Source of the DNA: Candidatus Microgenomates bacterium
Lineage (GTDB): Bacteria > Patescibacteriota > Microgenomatia > UBA8517
Length of the DNA: 64,000 nucleotides
Assembly (NCBI GenBank): GCA_049519355.1
Contig: JBEKQV010000003.1
Coordinates: 83,646-147,645, forward strand
Direction of reading: 5' to 3'
The translations under genes were made by a program, and so were the position numbers. This document shows positions 9,364 through 19,702 of the stretch, in pieces. The notes beneath the pieces were generated by a model. The model saw only the letters and a program-made list of their open reading frames with translations. It ran no database searches and had not been told where the DNA came from. Every line of letters starts with the position of its first letter. Position 1 is the stretch's first letter.

Positions 9364-10062
9364 TTATTTGATTATGACTCTTTGCTTGTGATCACGCCCG
9401 TCTTTAACAACCTTTCCGTCCAATATGTGAATAATTCTCTGAGCATGTTCAGCAATATCCGATTCGTGAGTAATCATTACAATTGTGTGGCCTTCTTTGT
9501 TTAACTTTTGAAAAATCGCCATAATTTCGGCAGCTTGGCTGGAAGCAATATTTCCTGTAGGTTCATCAGCCAAAATTATTGAAGGGTTCATAACAAGACT
9601 CCGGGCTATAGCAACCCTTTGCTGTTGTCCTCCCGAAAGTTGATTCGGAGCGTTATTTAATCTATCGGACAGTCCCACCATGTCCAAATATTTCCTAGCG
9701 ATTTTTTCCCTATCAACCTTATCAACACCGCCGTAAGTCATCGGAAGCTCAACGTTTTTAAGAGCTGAGGTTCTCGGAAGCAAGTTAAAAAACTGAAAGA
9801 TAAAACCGATTTTTCTGTTTCTGATATCAGCCAGTTCATCATCGGAAAGATTTTCTACATTTTCCCCATCAAGTACATAAGTACCGGAGGTTGGAGTATC
9901 CAAGGCGCCAATTATATGCATTAAGGTTGACTTGCCAGATCCCGAAGGACCCATTATTGCCACAAATTCGCCTTTTTTTATCTCAAATGAAACATCATCA
10001 AGCGCTTTAACCTCAACGTCTCCAGTTTGATAGATTTTACTTACATGAGAAACACTAATCAT
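9364..10062 (-). CDS. ABC transporter ATP-binding protein (MacB/LolD-like)
   Basis: Walker [11 protein letters not shown]-loop, ABC signature [15 protein letters not shown], Walker [11 protein letters not shown]-loop ITHE. Confidence 0.85.
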   Translation of the reverse strand: MISVSHVSKIYQTGDVEVKALDDVSFEIKKGEFVAIMGPSGSGKSTLMHIIGALDTPTSGTYVLDGENVENLSDDELADIRNRKIGFIFQFFNLLPRTSALKNVELPMTYGGVDKVDREKIARKYLDMVGLSDRLNNAPNQLSGGQQQRVAIARSLVMNPSIILADEPTGNIASSQAAEIMAIFQKLNKEGHTIVMITHESDIAEHAQRIIHILDGKVVKDGRDHKQRVIIK

Positions 10063-10067
10063 GAAGA

Positions 10068-11426
10068 CTAACCTCCTCTCCCTCCGGTTACGGCCCTGAT
10101 TGTCCCTCCGCCAAACCCGCCGGTTCCGGAACTGAATACGGATCTTGTCGAAGAAGTGGTTGAACTTGCCGCAACGGTTCCCGTAATCACAGTTTCACCT
10201 TCGGTTAGTCCCGAGGTTATAACAGTATTTGTATCATCGGAAATTCCAACCTCAACCGGCACCTGAACCTCTTTGCCGTTTTGTAGTACTTGGGCATAAT
10301 TTTGTCCGTTTTGGGTTACGAGAGCCGCCGAAGGAATATAAAGTGCATCGGTCGCGGTCGAGGTAATAATATTTGCCGTTGCGGCCATGTTGGGCAAGAT
10401 TTGATCACTGCCGCTATCAAGCTTGATATTTACTCCATAGCTTGTAACGTTTGAGGAAACTGTTCCGATTCTGTCAACCGTCGCCACAACTCCGGTAAAA
10501 GTCTCATTTGTAATGGAATCAAAAGTGATTGTTGCTTTTTGTCCTATTTGAACATTCGGCACGTCGGTTTCTCCCAAAGTTACGTTAACAATCGGGGTGG
10601 CGTTATTCTTAATAACCGCGATCCTCTGCGAAGAGACGGCACCCGATGTTGAGTTTGTACTTGCTGTGATAACCATTCCTTCAACCAAATTAATGTCAGC
10701 TATTGTTCCTGTATAAGGAGCCGTAATTGTAGGAGAGGAAAGCTGCAAATTGACGGCAGCATTGCTTAAAGATATTTTGGCCTGGTTCAAAGTCGTTTGC
10801 TGATTTTCAAAACTGGCCTGAGCCGCAAGCCAGGCATCGTTTTCCTGAATATAAGTAGGATCAGTCGTATCCAAGTTCCTGGCAGCGGCATCGTTTACAA
10901 AAGCCTGATTTGCCTTAAACTCAGCCGATTGAAGGTTGTAATAATCATTCTGGGCCGAAACCAAACCACTCTGGGCCGAATAATAACTTGAAAGAGCCTG
11001 TGCATATTGCTGTTGTCCGGTTTGGTCCACAGTAATATCGGCAATCTTCTGACCTTGAAACACGCTGTCCCCGTCTTTTACATAAACTTTGGAAACAATA
11101 CCTGAAGTATCTGTACTTATTGGAAGAACACTTGTTGAAATTGCCCGGCCCGAGGCACTCACCGTAGAAACAACTGTCCCTTTTTGAACTGTTGAAGTCT
11201 GATATTGGACCTTATTGGCACCAGCCGTGACCAGCCTCCAGATCCCAAAAATCATTAGGAGAACGATGATAATAGCTCCAACCATTCTCATTTTACCGGC
11301 ACGGATCCAGCCAAAAAAAGATTTTATTTTCGAACCGGTTTTTTGCCAAAAGTTAGGCTTAATTTCAGATTCATTGATAATGTCTGGTCCGACAATTTCT
11401 TTTTCCTCTTTTGTCTTTTTTGCCAT
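10068..11426 (-). CDS. HlyD/MacA-family periplasmic adaptor (membrane fusion protein) with a Gly-rich C-terminal tail
   Basis: 452 aa. N-terminal TM MRMVGAIIIVLLMIFGIW, long coiled-coil region (QQYAQALSSYYSAQSGLVSAQNDYYNLQSAEFKANQAF), beta-barrel/MP domains. C-terminus GTGGFGGGTIRAVTGGRGG. It directly precedes the ATPase and permease genes. Confidence 0.7.
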   Translation of the reverse strand: MAKKTKEEKEIVGPDIINESEIKPNFWQKTGSKIKSFFGWIRAGKMRMVGAIIIVLLMIFGIWRLVTAGANKVQYQTSTVQKGTVVSTVSASGRAISTSVLPISTDTSGIVSKVYVKDGDSVFQGQKIADITVDQTGQQQYAQALSSYYSAQSGLVSAQNDYYNLQSAEFKANQAFVNDAAARNLDTTDPTYIQENDAWLAAQASFENQQTTLNQAKISLSNAAVNLQLSSPTITAPYTGTIADINLVEGMVITASTNSTSGAVSSQRIAVIKNNATPIVNVTLGETDVPNVQIGQKATITFDSITNETFTGVVATVDRIGTVSSNVTSYGVNIKLDSGSDQILPNMAATANIITSTATDALYIPSAALVTQNGQNYAQVLQNGKEVQVPVEVGISDDTNTVITSGLTEGETVITGTVAASSTTSSTRSVFSSGTGGFGGGTIRAVTGGRGG

Positions 11427-11519
11427 AAATATAGGTAAATTATTATACCTTGCAGCCGTATTCTGAGTCCAGATGCTGAAAGCAAGCTTAGAGTAATCAA
11501 CCTGATATAATAAATCTTA

Positions 11520-12671
11520 GTGAACATTTTAATCGCCACCGAAACATACCTTCCTTATATTTCCGGAGTTGCGGTTTCAACAGACTCGATTGCCAGGTAT
11601 ATGGTTTCGCAGGGGCATAGTGTTACCGTGGTTGCCCCAACATATAATATTGATAAACCCGTAACTCCTATGCCCGGATTAACAATAGTAAGAATCCCCT
11701 CTATCCCCAATCCGTTTTACCGAGGTATGTCTTCCGCAATTTTTCCCTTCTGCCTTCCCTATATTGAAAAAGTCTTCAAGGGACAAAAATTTGATATCGT
11801 CCATATTCAGGAACCCACTGCAATTGGAATTTCGGCCCTAATTCTGGCCAAAAAATATAAAATTCCTGTCGTTGGAGCGCTTCATTTTACCCCGGAACAA
11901 ATAAGCCGTATGGTCCCGGGGAAGCCGGAAAAAATAGTTAGCCCCCTCGTCAGAAAGTACATAAAATTTATTTACAATAAATACGACGCAGTCATGGTGC
12001 CTACCCAAACTTTTGCGGATTTTCTGGTTGGCGATGGGGTAAAAAAACATATTGAGGTGGTCTCAAATGGAGTCAACATAAACAATTTTCACCCGGCAAG
12101 TCGTAGTGAGGCAATCAGAAAAAAACTTGGTATAGGCAAAGAGGATGTTGTATTTTTCTTTCTGGGAAGACTCGAACTGGACAAAAACGTAATTACTCTT
12201 ATTAAAGCCCTACCTTACGTCGGTGAAAAGATGAAGCTCCTTGTCGTCGGAACCGGAAAGATAGAAAAGGTTTTACATTCGCTGGCAAGTAGGTTAAAAG
12301 TCGAGGATAGGATTATTTGGGTTAAACATATAACTGATGCCGAAATGCCGGATTATTACCACGTAGCAGACTGTTTCACCATTATGTCTCCTTACGAAGT
12401 TCAAAGCATTGTTACTCTTCAGGCAATTGCATCAGGACTTCCGATTATTGCCGCGCGTGCAGGTGCCCTGCCGGAACTATGTAGGGACCATAAGAACGGC
12501 TTTTTGGTTGATACTTACGATTACAAAACCTTGGCTGCCAGAATGGATGAACTCTATCACAACAAAAAAATGCGCGACGACTTTGGAAAGGAAAGTAGAA
12601 AAATGAGCCTTGCTCACAATAAACCTGACGTACTTCACAAACTGGAGTTACTTTACAAAAGTCTTGCCTAG
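11520..12671 (+). CDS. Glycosyltransferase family 4 (GT-B, Glycos_transf_1)
   Basis: 383 aa. N-terminal MNILIATETYLPYISGVAVSTDSIARYM and C-terminal E-x7-E-like region GLPIIAARAGALPEL typical of GT4 enzymes. Confidence 0.75.
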   Translation: MNILIATETYLPYISGVAVSTDSIARYMVSQGHSVTVVAPTYNIDKPVTPMPGLTIVRIPSIPNPFYRGMSSAIFPFCLPYIEKVFKGQKFDIVHIQEPTAIGISALILAKKYKIPVVGALHFTPEQISRMVPGKPEKIVSPLVRKYIKFIYNKYDAVMVPTQTFADFLVGDGVKKHIEVVSNGVNINNFHPASRSEAIRKKLGIGKEDVVFFFLGRLELDKNVITLIKALPYVGEKMKLLVVGTGKIEKVLHSLASRLKVEDRIIWVKHITDAEMPDYYHVADCFTIMSPYEVQSIVTLQAIASGLPIIAARAGALPELCRDHKNGFLVDTYDYKTLAARMDELYHNKKMRDDFGKESRKMSLAHNKPDVLHKLELLYKSLA

Positions 12672-13727
12672 ATTAAGCTTTCCCTGAGCCGACGGAAGTT
12701 GAACCGAAAATGTACTTCCCTTACCGACAACGCTTACCACTTTAATCTTTCCGTTCATTTTATCGACAATCGACTTGGCTATGGATAGACCCAGTCCATA
12801 ACCGTCAACTTTTTCATTGGACCTTGACGTTTCAACCCTATAGAATCTGTCAAAAATATGCGGAAGCTCGGCTTCGCTTACACCAACCCCAAAATCCTCA
12901 ACTTCGAAAATTCCACCATTTTTTGTCCTGACTACAATCCTCTTACTTTTACCTGAATATTTTATGGCGTTGTCTATTAGTATTGTTGCAAGTTCGGTTA
13001 GAGCGCTTTCATTGGTGCTAACCTCAACTTTCGGCAGGTTTGCATTTATTTTGATCCTTCTCGCAATCGCAAGAGGTCTGACCTTTTCGATTGCGGCAAG
13101 CATTACTTTACTCAAGTCAACTTTTCCGGTTTCAAGTTTAATATCAGAATTTTCATACTTATTGAGCTCAAGCAAATAATTTGAAAGACGCTGCATGTGG
13201 TTAACATCTTCCAGGTTGCTTTTCAAAAGCTTTTTGGCTTCACCGATATCTATTTTTTTGTCCCTTAGCGCAACTTCAATTTCGGTCTTAAGCGATGTCA
13301 GCGGAGTACGGAGTTCATGAGATGCATTTCCGACAAATTCCTTTTGATCTTCAACCATTTTTGATATCGGGTCCAGAGTGAGTCCCGCCAGAATGTACCC
13401 GCCGGCACCGGAGAGAATCAAAATTGAAAGATTTATAATTCCAAGAATGGAAATAATCCGGACCCTGGCTTCCTCCACAGTTTCCGAGTCGAGAGATTGA
13501 ACTTCAGGAGGAACCGAAAGCCCATTTTGCGTCAAGAAGCTGCTAATTGTATCGACTCTCTCCTGTCTAACTCTTTGCAAATTGTCAATTCTCGTAAGTT
13601 CTCTATCGACACTGACATAAATTGCTATCGAAAAACTAAGACTTATCACCATGATGATGAGAAGATACCAACCGGTGAGTCTTATTCGTGCTTTCTCAAA
13701 CATTTTCGATTTTACTATCAGCGTCAC
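12648..13727 (-). CDS. Sensor histidine kinase (two TM segments, short extracytoplasmic loop, HisKA + HATPase_c)
   Basis: H-box NASHELRTPLTSL; N/G1/G2 boxes LIDNAIKYS, DFGVGV, GYGLGLSIAKSIV. Translationally coupled to the response regulator upstream. Confidence 0.75.
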   Translation of the reverse strand: MTLIVKSKMFEKARIRLTGWYLLIIMVISLSFSIAIYVSVDRELTRIDNLQRVRQERVDTISSFLTQNGLSVPPEVQSLDSETVEEARVRIISILGIINLSILILSGAGGYILAGLTLDPISKMVEDQKEFVGNASHELRTPLTSLKTEIEVALRDKKIDIGEAKKLLKSNLEDVNHMQRLSNYLLELNKYENSDIKLETGKVDLSKVMLAAIEKVRPLAIARRIKINANLPKVEVSTNESALTELATILIDNAIKYSGKSKRIVVRTKNGGIFEVEDFGVGVSEAELPHIFDRFYRVETSRSNEKVDGYGLGLSIAKSIVDKMNGKIKVVSVVGKGSTFSVQLPSAQGKLNLGKTFVK

Positions 13728-14404
13728 CGCTGAGAGCCAAGGTTTGAATCATATTCTATTTTATAACCAAACCCTCTGACCGTCTTTATAAAATCGCCAC
13801 CAATTTTATCACGCAAGTAACCAACAAAAACTTCAACTGTATTAGGTAAGATATCACTCTCATAGTCCCAGACATGAGCAATGATATTCTCCTTGGAAAC
13901 AACCTTGCCTGCGTTGCGCATAAGATATTCCAAAAGTGCAAATTCTTTCCTAGAAAGCTCAATCACCTTACTGCCTTTTTTCACTTCAAAACTATTTACA
14001 TTAAGTTCAAGATCTTTTACCTTTAAGGTGGTTCCGATTCCTTCTTTGGGACGACGGGAAAGTGCCCTAACTCTGGCCAAAAGTTCTTCAAAAGCAAACG
14101 GTTTGACCAAATAATCATCCGCACCTGTATTTAGACCATTAACTTTATCGGCGAGCTCGCCTCTCGCGGTGAGTATTAAAATCGGAGTGTGATTCTCTTC
14201 GGCACGTAGCTTCCGGCAAATTTCCATTCCGTCCATCCTTGGAAGCATCAAGTCAAGTACAATCACGTCATAATCTTCGGATGAAGCCATGTCGAATCCG
14301 GTTTCGCCATCATAGGCAACGTCGGTTGCCCAAGACTCCTGTTCAAACCCACGTTTTATGGAGTTGGCAATTTTGTGTTCGTCTTCTACAACAAGTATTC
14401 TCAT
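13724..14404 (-). CDS. OmpR/PhoB-family response regulator
   Basis: Receiver MRILVVEDEHK...DVIVLDLMLPRMDG with conserved Asp and TAR/K residues. C-terminal winged helix ...VWDYESD...NTVEVFVGYLRDKIG. Confidence 0.85.
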   Translation of the reverse strand: MRILVVEDEHKIANSIKRGFEQESWATDVAYDGETGFDMASSEDYDVIVLDLMLPRMDGMEICRKLRAEENHTPILILTARGELADKVNGLNTGADDYLVKPFAFEELLARVRALSRRPKEGIGTTLKVKDLELNVNSFEVKKGSKVIELSRKEFALLEYLMRNAGKVVSKENIIAHVWDYESDILPNTVEVFVGYLRDKIGGDFIKTVRGFGYKIEYDSNLGSQR

Positions 14405-14512
14405 GAGTTGAAGCCAATATTATATCATTTTAGCTGAAAACCAGCTGAGGGCCAACTCCGCTACTATATGACTCTTGCAATCACGGACTGATATAGTTTA
14501 CAATTTTACATT

Positions 14513-15316
14513 GTGGCAAACGAAAATATTATCGAGGTAAAGAATTTAGTCAGAAAATTCGGCACTTATTCAGCGGTTGATAATATCTCCTTTGATGTAA
14601 AAAAAGGAGAAATTTTTGCGTTCCTTGGACCTAACGGTGCAGGAAAAACGACATCAATTAAAATGCTGACAACACTTCTCCACCCAACTTCCGGCAATAT
14701 TCTCATAAACGGATTTAATCCCGTAACCCAACAACACGATGCCAGAAAATCGTTTGGAATTGTTTTCCAGGATCCATCTCTTGATGATGAGTTGACGGCT
14801 TATGAAAATTTGGAATTCCATGGGGTAATTTACGGAGTTCCAAATCCACTGAGAAAACAAAGAATTGAGGAGCTTTTGAAATATGTCGATCTTTGGGAAA
14901 GACGCAATTCTTTAGTTAAAACTTTTTCCGGAGGGATGAAAAGAAGGCTTGAAATTGCACGGGGTCTTCTTCATCACCCCAAGATTTTCTTTTTGGATGA
15001 ACCGACTCTTGGACTTGATCCCCAAACCAGAAATCATATTTGGAGTTACATAAAGGCCCTAAACAAAAAAGAAGGTATCACTGTATTTTTCACAACACAC
15101 TATATGGATGAAGCCGCGCGTGTTGCCGACCGCGTTGCAATTATTGACCATGGTAACATTATCCAAACCGGTACCGTCCCAGAGCTACTTAAAAAGACCA
15201 AGAAAACCAATCTTGAGGATGCTTTCCTGGCCATGACCGGACACGAAATCAGAGATGAATCGATTGGCGCACAGGAACAATTTAGAATGCACCACCAGAC
15301 TTGGACAAGACACTAA
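14513..15316 (+). CDS. ABC transporter ATP-binding protein (ABC-2/DrrA-like); GTG start
   Basis: Walker A GPNGAGKTT, signature FSGGMKRRLEIARGL, Walker B FFLDEPTLGLD. Confidence 0.85.
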   Translation: MANENIIEVKNLVRKFGTYSAVDNISFDVKKGEIFAFLGPNGAGKTTSIKMLTTLLHPTSGNILINGFNPVTQQHDARKSFGIVFQDPSLDDELTAYENLEFHGVIYGVPNPLRKQRIEELLKYVDLWERRNSLVKTFSGGMKRRLEIARGLLHHPKIFFLDEPTLGLDPQTRNHIWSYIKALNKKEGITVFFTTHYMDEAARVADRVAIIDHGNIIQTGTVPELLKKTKKTNLEDAFLAMTGHEIRDESIGAQEQFRMHHQTWTRH

Positions 15317-15319
15317 AAT

Positions 15320-16066
15320 ATGAAATCTATATATATTATCTGGCTCAGACAACTTAAGAGATATTTCCGTTCCCGCTCAAGAATTGTAGGAAGTTTGGGA
15401 CAACCGATTCTTTTCCTTGTCGCACTCGGATTTGGTCTGGGACCCGTTTTTGCCAAAGCCGGACAAGGAAACTATCTTGAATTCATTGCTCCCGGAATAA
15501 TTTCCATGAGCATTCTTTTCACCGCCGTATTCTCCGGAATTGAAATTATTTGGGACAGGCAATTCGGATTTTTGAAGGAACTCTTGGTTGCACCCGTAAC
15601 AAGGTGGCAAATAATGATTGGTAGAACCATTGGAGGCGCAACTGTCGCGGTTTTTCAGGGAATAATTGTTTTAATTCTTTCTCTATTCTTCGGATTTAAG
15701 ATAGAAACATTTACACTTGTTCCACAGATGCTTCTTTTTATGATTTTGATTGCGCTTCTTTTCACCGCGCTCGGAACAGCCATTGCATCAATTCTCGAGG
15801 ATATGCAAGGATTCCAACTTATTATGAACTTTCTCATCATGCCCCTCTTCTTCCTTTCAGGAGCCCTCTTCCCTCTTTCCGGAGTCCCGGGAGTACTTAA
15901 TGTCGTTGCCAGTATCGATCCCCTCTCTTATGGGGTTGACGGTTTAAGAGGTGCTATTACAAATTCATTTCATTTTGGTCTTCCAGCGGACCTACTGGTT
16001 CTTTCAATCGCCACCGCAGTCCTAATCGGCATCGGTACTTATCTCTTCAGTAAGATACAAATATAA
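15320..16066 (+). CDS. ABC-2 type transporter permease
   Basis: 248 aa, 6 TM. It sits immediately downstream (3-bp gap) of the ATPase, with a typical ABC-2 hydrophobicity pattern. Confidence 0.7.
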   Translation: MKSIYIIWLRQLKRYFRSRSRIVGSLGQPILFLVALGFGLGPVFAKAGQGNYLEFIAPGIISMSILFTAVFSGIEIIWDRQFGFLKELLVAPVTRWQIMIGRTIGGATVAVFQGIIVLILSLFFGFKIETFTLVPQMLLFMILIALLFTALGTAIASILEDMQGFQLIMNFLIMPLFFLSGALFPLSGVPGVLNVVASIDPLSYGVDGLRGAITNSFHFGLPADLLVLSIATAVLIGIGTYLFSKIQI

Positions 16067-16111
16067 AAATCAAGCCTTGATTTTGCTTCACCTTTCCGAC
16101 AGAATTTCTAA

Positions 16112-16450
16112 ATGACCAAATACAAGGAATACTTCGATAAAATGGTTTCAGAAAACAAAGATGCCTTTGACGCCTTTATCTCCGCTCATTTCGAATACTC
16201 TACCAACCAGGATAAATACCAAGAGCAGTTTAATTCGGAGGGTGAAAAAATCTTAAAGATCATTCACGAGTGGGAAGATAGATTATGTAAACATTCAGAA
16301 GGCGCAGGATTTGGGAAATATACTTCAAATTTAGCTGAGAAATTTCAAACCGAAGTTAAAAGCCACTTTCCTCTCATCGACCACATCGGAATTATTGTAA
16401 CCAAACACGCGGCTCCGGAAAAATTCACTCTAAAGAAAATTACCTTTTAA
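16112..16450 (+). CDS. Hypothetical cytoplasmic protein
   Basis: 112-aa ORF. No motif recognised. Confidence 0.35.
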   Translation: MTKYKEYFDKMVSENKDAFDAFISAHFEYSTNQDKYQEQFNSEGEKILKIIHEWEDRLCKHSEGAGFGKYTSNLAEKFQTEVKSHFPLIDHIGIIVTKHAAPEKFTLKKITF

Positions 16451-17058
16451 ATCACCAGAAGAATTGCCCCAATAATCGCCGCGGCCCCGACTCCTGCCCC
16501 GACAACCGTTGGCCAATCAGTCCCTGTAACCGGAATGGGAAGCGGGCTTGTCTGCACCAGGGGCTTTGCGGAAGCACTGGCTGTTGGTGTAGCAGATGCT
16601 GTAGCGTTTAGTAAAGCACTTCCGCTTGCCGTAGGCATGATTGTTGGTGTAGGAGAAGGTGTTGAACAAAGCGTCAAATCAGTTGTCCAGGAAGCTCCAA
16701 TTGACGGACAGCAATATTGACTGGGACCACAGGCTTTAATTTGTCCAACCATCGCAAGAGTTGATGCACAACTAAAACTCTGTGGGGTTCCGTCGGCATT
16801 TGACGGATTGCAACTTAAAAGCAACCCCGGTTGTCCGACAACCGGACAGGCTTCAGCACTAGGACAAAGATTCGCAGCAGCTCTTTCCTGAACATTTTGT
16901 TGTTGTCTTACAAGAAGAACCCCCGCAACTACGCTAAGAATCAAAAAGACTACAATAACTATTGCAATTACCAATCCTTTTTTTCCACCCTTGCCGGATT
17001 TCTTGCTTGTAACTATTTCAAAAGGAGAGTTTGTGGCAGAATCATTTTGATTGGGCAT
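16447..17058 (-). CDS. Hypothetical membrane-anchored, Cys-rich secreted protein with a PVTG-containing C-terminal hydrophobic tail
   Basis: 203 aa. N-terminal TM LVIAIVIVVFLILSVVAGVLLV, about 12 Cys in the middle (CPSAEACPVV...CNPSNADGTPQSFSCAS...CGPSQYCCPS), a Thr/Pro/Ala-rich stretch, and a C-terminal LPIPVTGTDWPTVVGAGVGAAAIIGAILLVI. Confidence 0.45.
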   Translation of the reverse strand: MPNQNDSATNSPFEIVTSKKSGKGGKKGLVIAIVIVVFLILSVVAGVLLVRQQQNVQERAAANLCPSAEACPVVGQPGLLLSCNPSNADGTPQSFSCASTLAMVGQIKACGPSQYCCPSIGASWTTDLTLCSTPSPTPTIMPTASGSALLNATASATPTASASAKPLVQTSPLPIPVTGTDWPTVVGAGVGAAAIIGAILLVI

Positions 17059-17071
17059 AACTTATTATATC

Positions 17072-18472
17072 TCACAATTTAGCATTTTTGTCTTTAACCT
17101 CAAATCCTAATTTCTGAATTTGGTCCCGGATTTTATCCGCTTCTTTATAATTGCCATCAGACCGGAGTTTTTCCCTCTCTTCAAACAAAACCTTTACGTC
17201 TTCCGGGATTTCAACAACTTTCGCCTCTCCCAATTTCAACCCCAAAATTTCATCAAAACTCATAGCCAAATCGTACTTGTCGCCGGACGGAATATTGCTT
17301 TTGAGCATATCCCATGTAACGGCCAATGCCTCGGAAGTGTTTAAATCATCGCCCATCGCTTCCATGAAGCGGTTTCTGAACTCCTCCGTTTGTTCTTCCT
17401 TTTCCTGCGAAAGGGCGGTTCTTTCACTTTGTCCTTTAAGCGCAGAGACCTGATTCCTTAATTTATCCAAGGCATTTTGCGAAGCACTCAAAGAGTCCCA
17501 TGTAAAATTCAACGGGTCACGGTAGTGGGCACCAAGGTAAAGATAACGTAGAGCGAGAGGATCGAATCCCTTTTTCTCAACATCATCTACCGTGTAAAAA
17601 TTTCCCAAACTTTTACTCATCTTCCTGCCGTCAACCATAAGAAATGCCGTATGAATCCAATATTTTACAAAAGGAGACTTCCCGGTTGCCGCTTCGCTTT
17701 GTGCGATTTCATTTGGATGGTGAATGGAAAGATGGTCCTCCCCACCTGTATGGATATCAAATTGTTCTCCAAGGTATTTCATACTCATGGCAGAACATTC
17801 AATGTGCCAGCCGGGAAATCCGTCGCCCCAAGGAGATTCCCAATGCATGGTGTGGTTTTCAAATCTTCCAACCCTCTTGAACCAAAGTGCAAAGTCTTGG
17901 GGATTTCTTTTGTGCTCGCCTTTATTAATTTCCTCCCGGACTCCAATTTTCTTTTCTTCCAGTTTCTGTCCGAAAAGCTGATCATATTTTTTAAATTTTG
18001 TTATATCAAAATAGACCGCCTCAGGAGTGTCATAACCATAACCTTTGTCGACAAGTTTTTGAACCAGTTCAATTATTTCTTTTATATGATCCGTAGCTTT
18101 ACAAATAACATCAGGGCGGATCACGTTAAGTTTGTCCATTGAATCATAAAAATACTTCGAAAAAAATTCCGAGACTTCCCAAACGGTTTTACCAGTTTTA
18201 ACTGCACCTTTTTCCAGCTTATCCTCACCCTCGTCGGCATCCGAAACTAAATGCCCGACATCAGTCACATTTTCAACATGTTTTACTGTATAACCGCTTA
18301 CGGTAAGAAGTCTCTTGAGAATATCATCGGTAACATATTTCCGGCCATGACCTATATGCGCATAATCGTAAGCCGTAATTCCGCATGAGTACATTCCGAC
18401 ATCCGGGGGGTTAATAGGAATAAACTTTTCTTTTTTCCGGGTTAAAGAATTAGTTAAAAAAATATCCACCAC
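17072..18472 (-). CDS. cysS: Cysteinyl-tRNA synthetase
   Basis: HIGH motif (AHIGHGR), KMSKS motif (KMSKSLGN), Zn-binding Cys in YSCGITAYD, class I CysRS architecture. Confidence 0.9.
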   Translation of the reverse strand: MVDIFLTNSLTRKKEKFIPINPPDVGMYSCGITAYDYAHIGHGRKYVTDDILKRLLTVSGYTVKHVENVTDVGHLVSDADEGEDKLEKGAVKTGKTVWEVSEFFSKYFYDSMDKLNVIRPDVICKATDHIKEIIELVQKLVDKGYGYDTPEAVYFDITKFKKYDQLFGQKLEEKKIGVREEINKGEHKRNPQDFALWFKRVGRFENHTMHWESPWGDGFPGWHIECSAMSMKYLGEQFDIHTGGEDHLSIHHPNEIAQSEAATGKSPFVKYWIHTAFLMVDGRKMSKSLGNFYTVDDVEKKGFDPLALRYLYLGAHYRDPLNFTWDSLSASQNALDKLRNQVSALKGQSERTALSQEKEEQTEEFRNRFMEAMGDDLNTSEALAVTWDMLKSNIPSGDKYDLAMSFDEILGLKLGEAKVVEIPEDVKVLFEEREKLRSDGNYKEADKIRDQIQKLGFEVKDKNAKL

Positions 18473-18507
18473 GCTCTAATTGTAATTTGATAAGGACCAA
18501 ATGTAAA

Positions 18508-19047
18508 TCAGCCTGAAGGAGGAACCGGTTTTTCGACGTGAGTTTGCTCTCTTTGGGCCTCTTCCTTCCGTGTTTCCCCAAATCTCCGGCCTTTTTTGGA
18601 AGTTGGGGTTTTAAATCCTTCCTGAGACTGCGCATATGCCGCCTGTTGTTTTTGAAACTTCACGGCTTCCATTTGGGCTTTAAGTACTTGCTTTTGCTCC
18701 ATGGAAAGTTCCGCATAGTCTTCAAGCGGAATTTCAATTCCTTGGGCGATTTTTGCCTGAAGATCTTTAAACAAATCCTGCTTGTGAATATCTTTTAACT
18801 CCTGGTTGAGAGCCTCCATCCTGCGGGTCGTCTTCAAAGTATCCTGAAGTTTTTGCTGTTCCTGAAGATTCCTCTGTTGATTTTTGTTTTGACCCTGCTC
18901 CGGACCGGGCTGTGCTGGCGCTTCCGTATCGGAAACTTGCTCCTTGGCGGTTCTCAAAACCTCCAACGGTTCCTGTGCAATTTGCCTGGCAATTTTTTGG
19001 GCAAGATCGCGTGTTGTTTGACCGGTTTGTTTGGCAGTACTATTCAT
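18508..19047 (-). CDS. Hypothetical Gln/Lys/Glu-rich coiled-coil protein
   Basis: 179 aa of low-complexity charged sequence. No motif recognised. Confidence 0.35.
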   Translation of the reverse strand: MNSTAKQTGQTTRDLAQKIARQIAQEPLEVLRTAKEQVSDTEAPAQPGPEQGQNKNQQRNLQEQQKLQDTLKTTRRMEALNQELKDIHKQDLFKDLQAKIAQGIEIPLEDYAELSMEQKQVLKAQMEAVKFQKQQAAYAQSQEGFKTPTSKKGRRFGETRKEEAQREQTHVEKPVPPSG

Positions 19048-19056
19048 TTAAGGTTT

Positions 19057-19659
19057 TTACAGTTCCCTTCTTCCCTCAAGTGCCTGTGTCAATGTTACTT
19101 CATCAGCATACTCCAGGTCGGCTCCGGTAGGAATTCCCATTCCGAGTCTCGTAACCCTTGGGTGTGAATTCGCTGCCGTTAATTGTTTTTTAAGGTACAT
19201 TGCCGTTGCTTCCCCTTCCATTGTCGGATTTGTTGCAATGATTATTTCTTTAACTTTACTTCCCTTAACCCTGTCGATAAGCGGGTCTATGTAAATTTCA
19301 TCCGGCCCTATATTTTCCAAAGGATTTATAGCCCCGTGCAGAACATGGTAAACACCCTTAAACCTACCCGTTTTTTCAAATGCCAAAATATCCAGCGGTT
19401 CCTCAACAACCATAATTTGGGTTTTATCACGGGATGGATCGGAGCAAATCGGACAAGGGTCAGTTTCGCTCACGTTTTTACAAACCGAGCAAAGAACAGT
19501 GTCTTTTTTAAGGCGGGAGATACTTTCTGCAAAATCATCAAGCTGGGTTTGAGGAACATGGAGCAAATAATAAGTAAGCCTTTGCGCCGATTTCGGACCG
19601 ATTCCGGGAAGTTTTTGGAAAGATTCAATTAAAGCTGCAATCGGACGCGCGATTTTCAT
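19057..19659 (-). CDS. recR: Recombination protein RecR
   Basis: HhH (LPGIGPKSAQRL), C4 zinc finger (CSVCKN...CPICSD), Toprim domain. Start chosen at internal Met (MKIARPIAALIE); the longer ORF to 19731 would overlap ybaB. Confidence 0.85.
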   Translation of the reverse strand: MKIARPIAALIESFQKLPGIGPKSAQRLTYYLLHVPQTQLDDFAESISRLKKDTVLCSVCKNVSETDPCPICSDPSRDKTQIMVVEEPLDILAFEKTGRFKGVYHVLHGAINPLENIGPDEIYIDPLIDRVKGSKVKEIIIATNPTMEGEATAMYLKKQLTAANSHPRVTRLGMGIPTGADLEYADEVTLTQALEGRREL

Positions 19660-19702
19660 AACATACCATTCTATCAAAAAAATGAAGTTTGTTTGCGAGA
19701 TT

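Noticed and set aside
14461-14520. Tandem TTTACA(A/T)T direct repeats just upstream of the ABC ATPase GTG start, as a possible response-regulator binding site
   Set aside because: The repeats are AT-rich 8-mers in an AT-rich intergenic region and abut the start codon where an RBS or spacer should be. This is too weak to call a regulator site.
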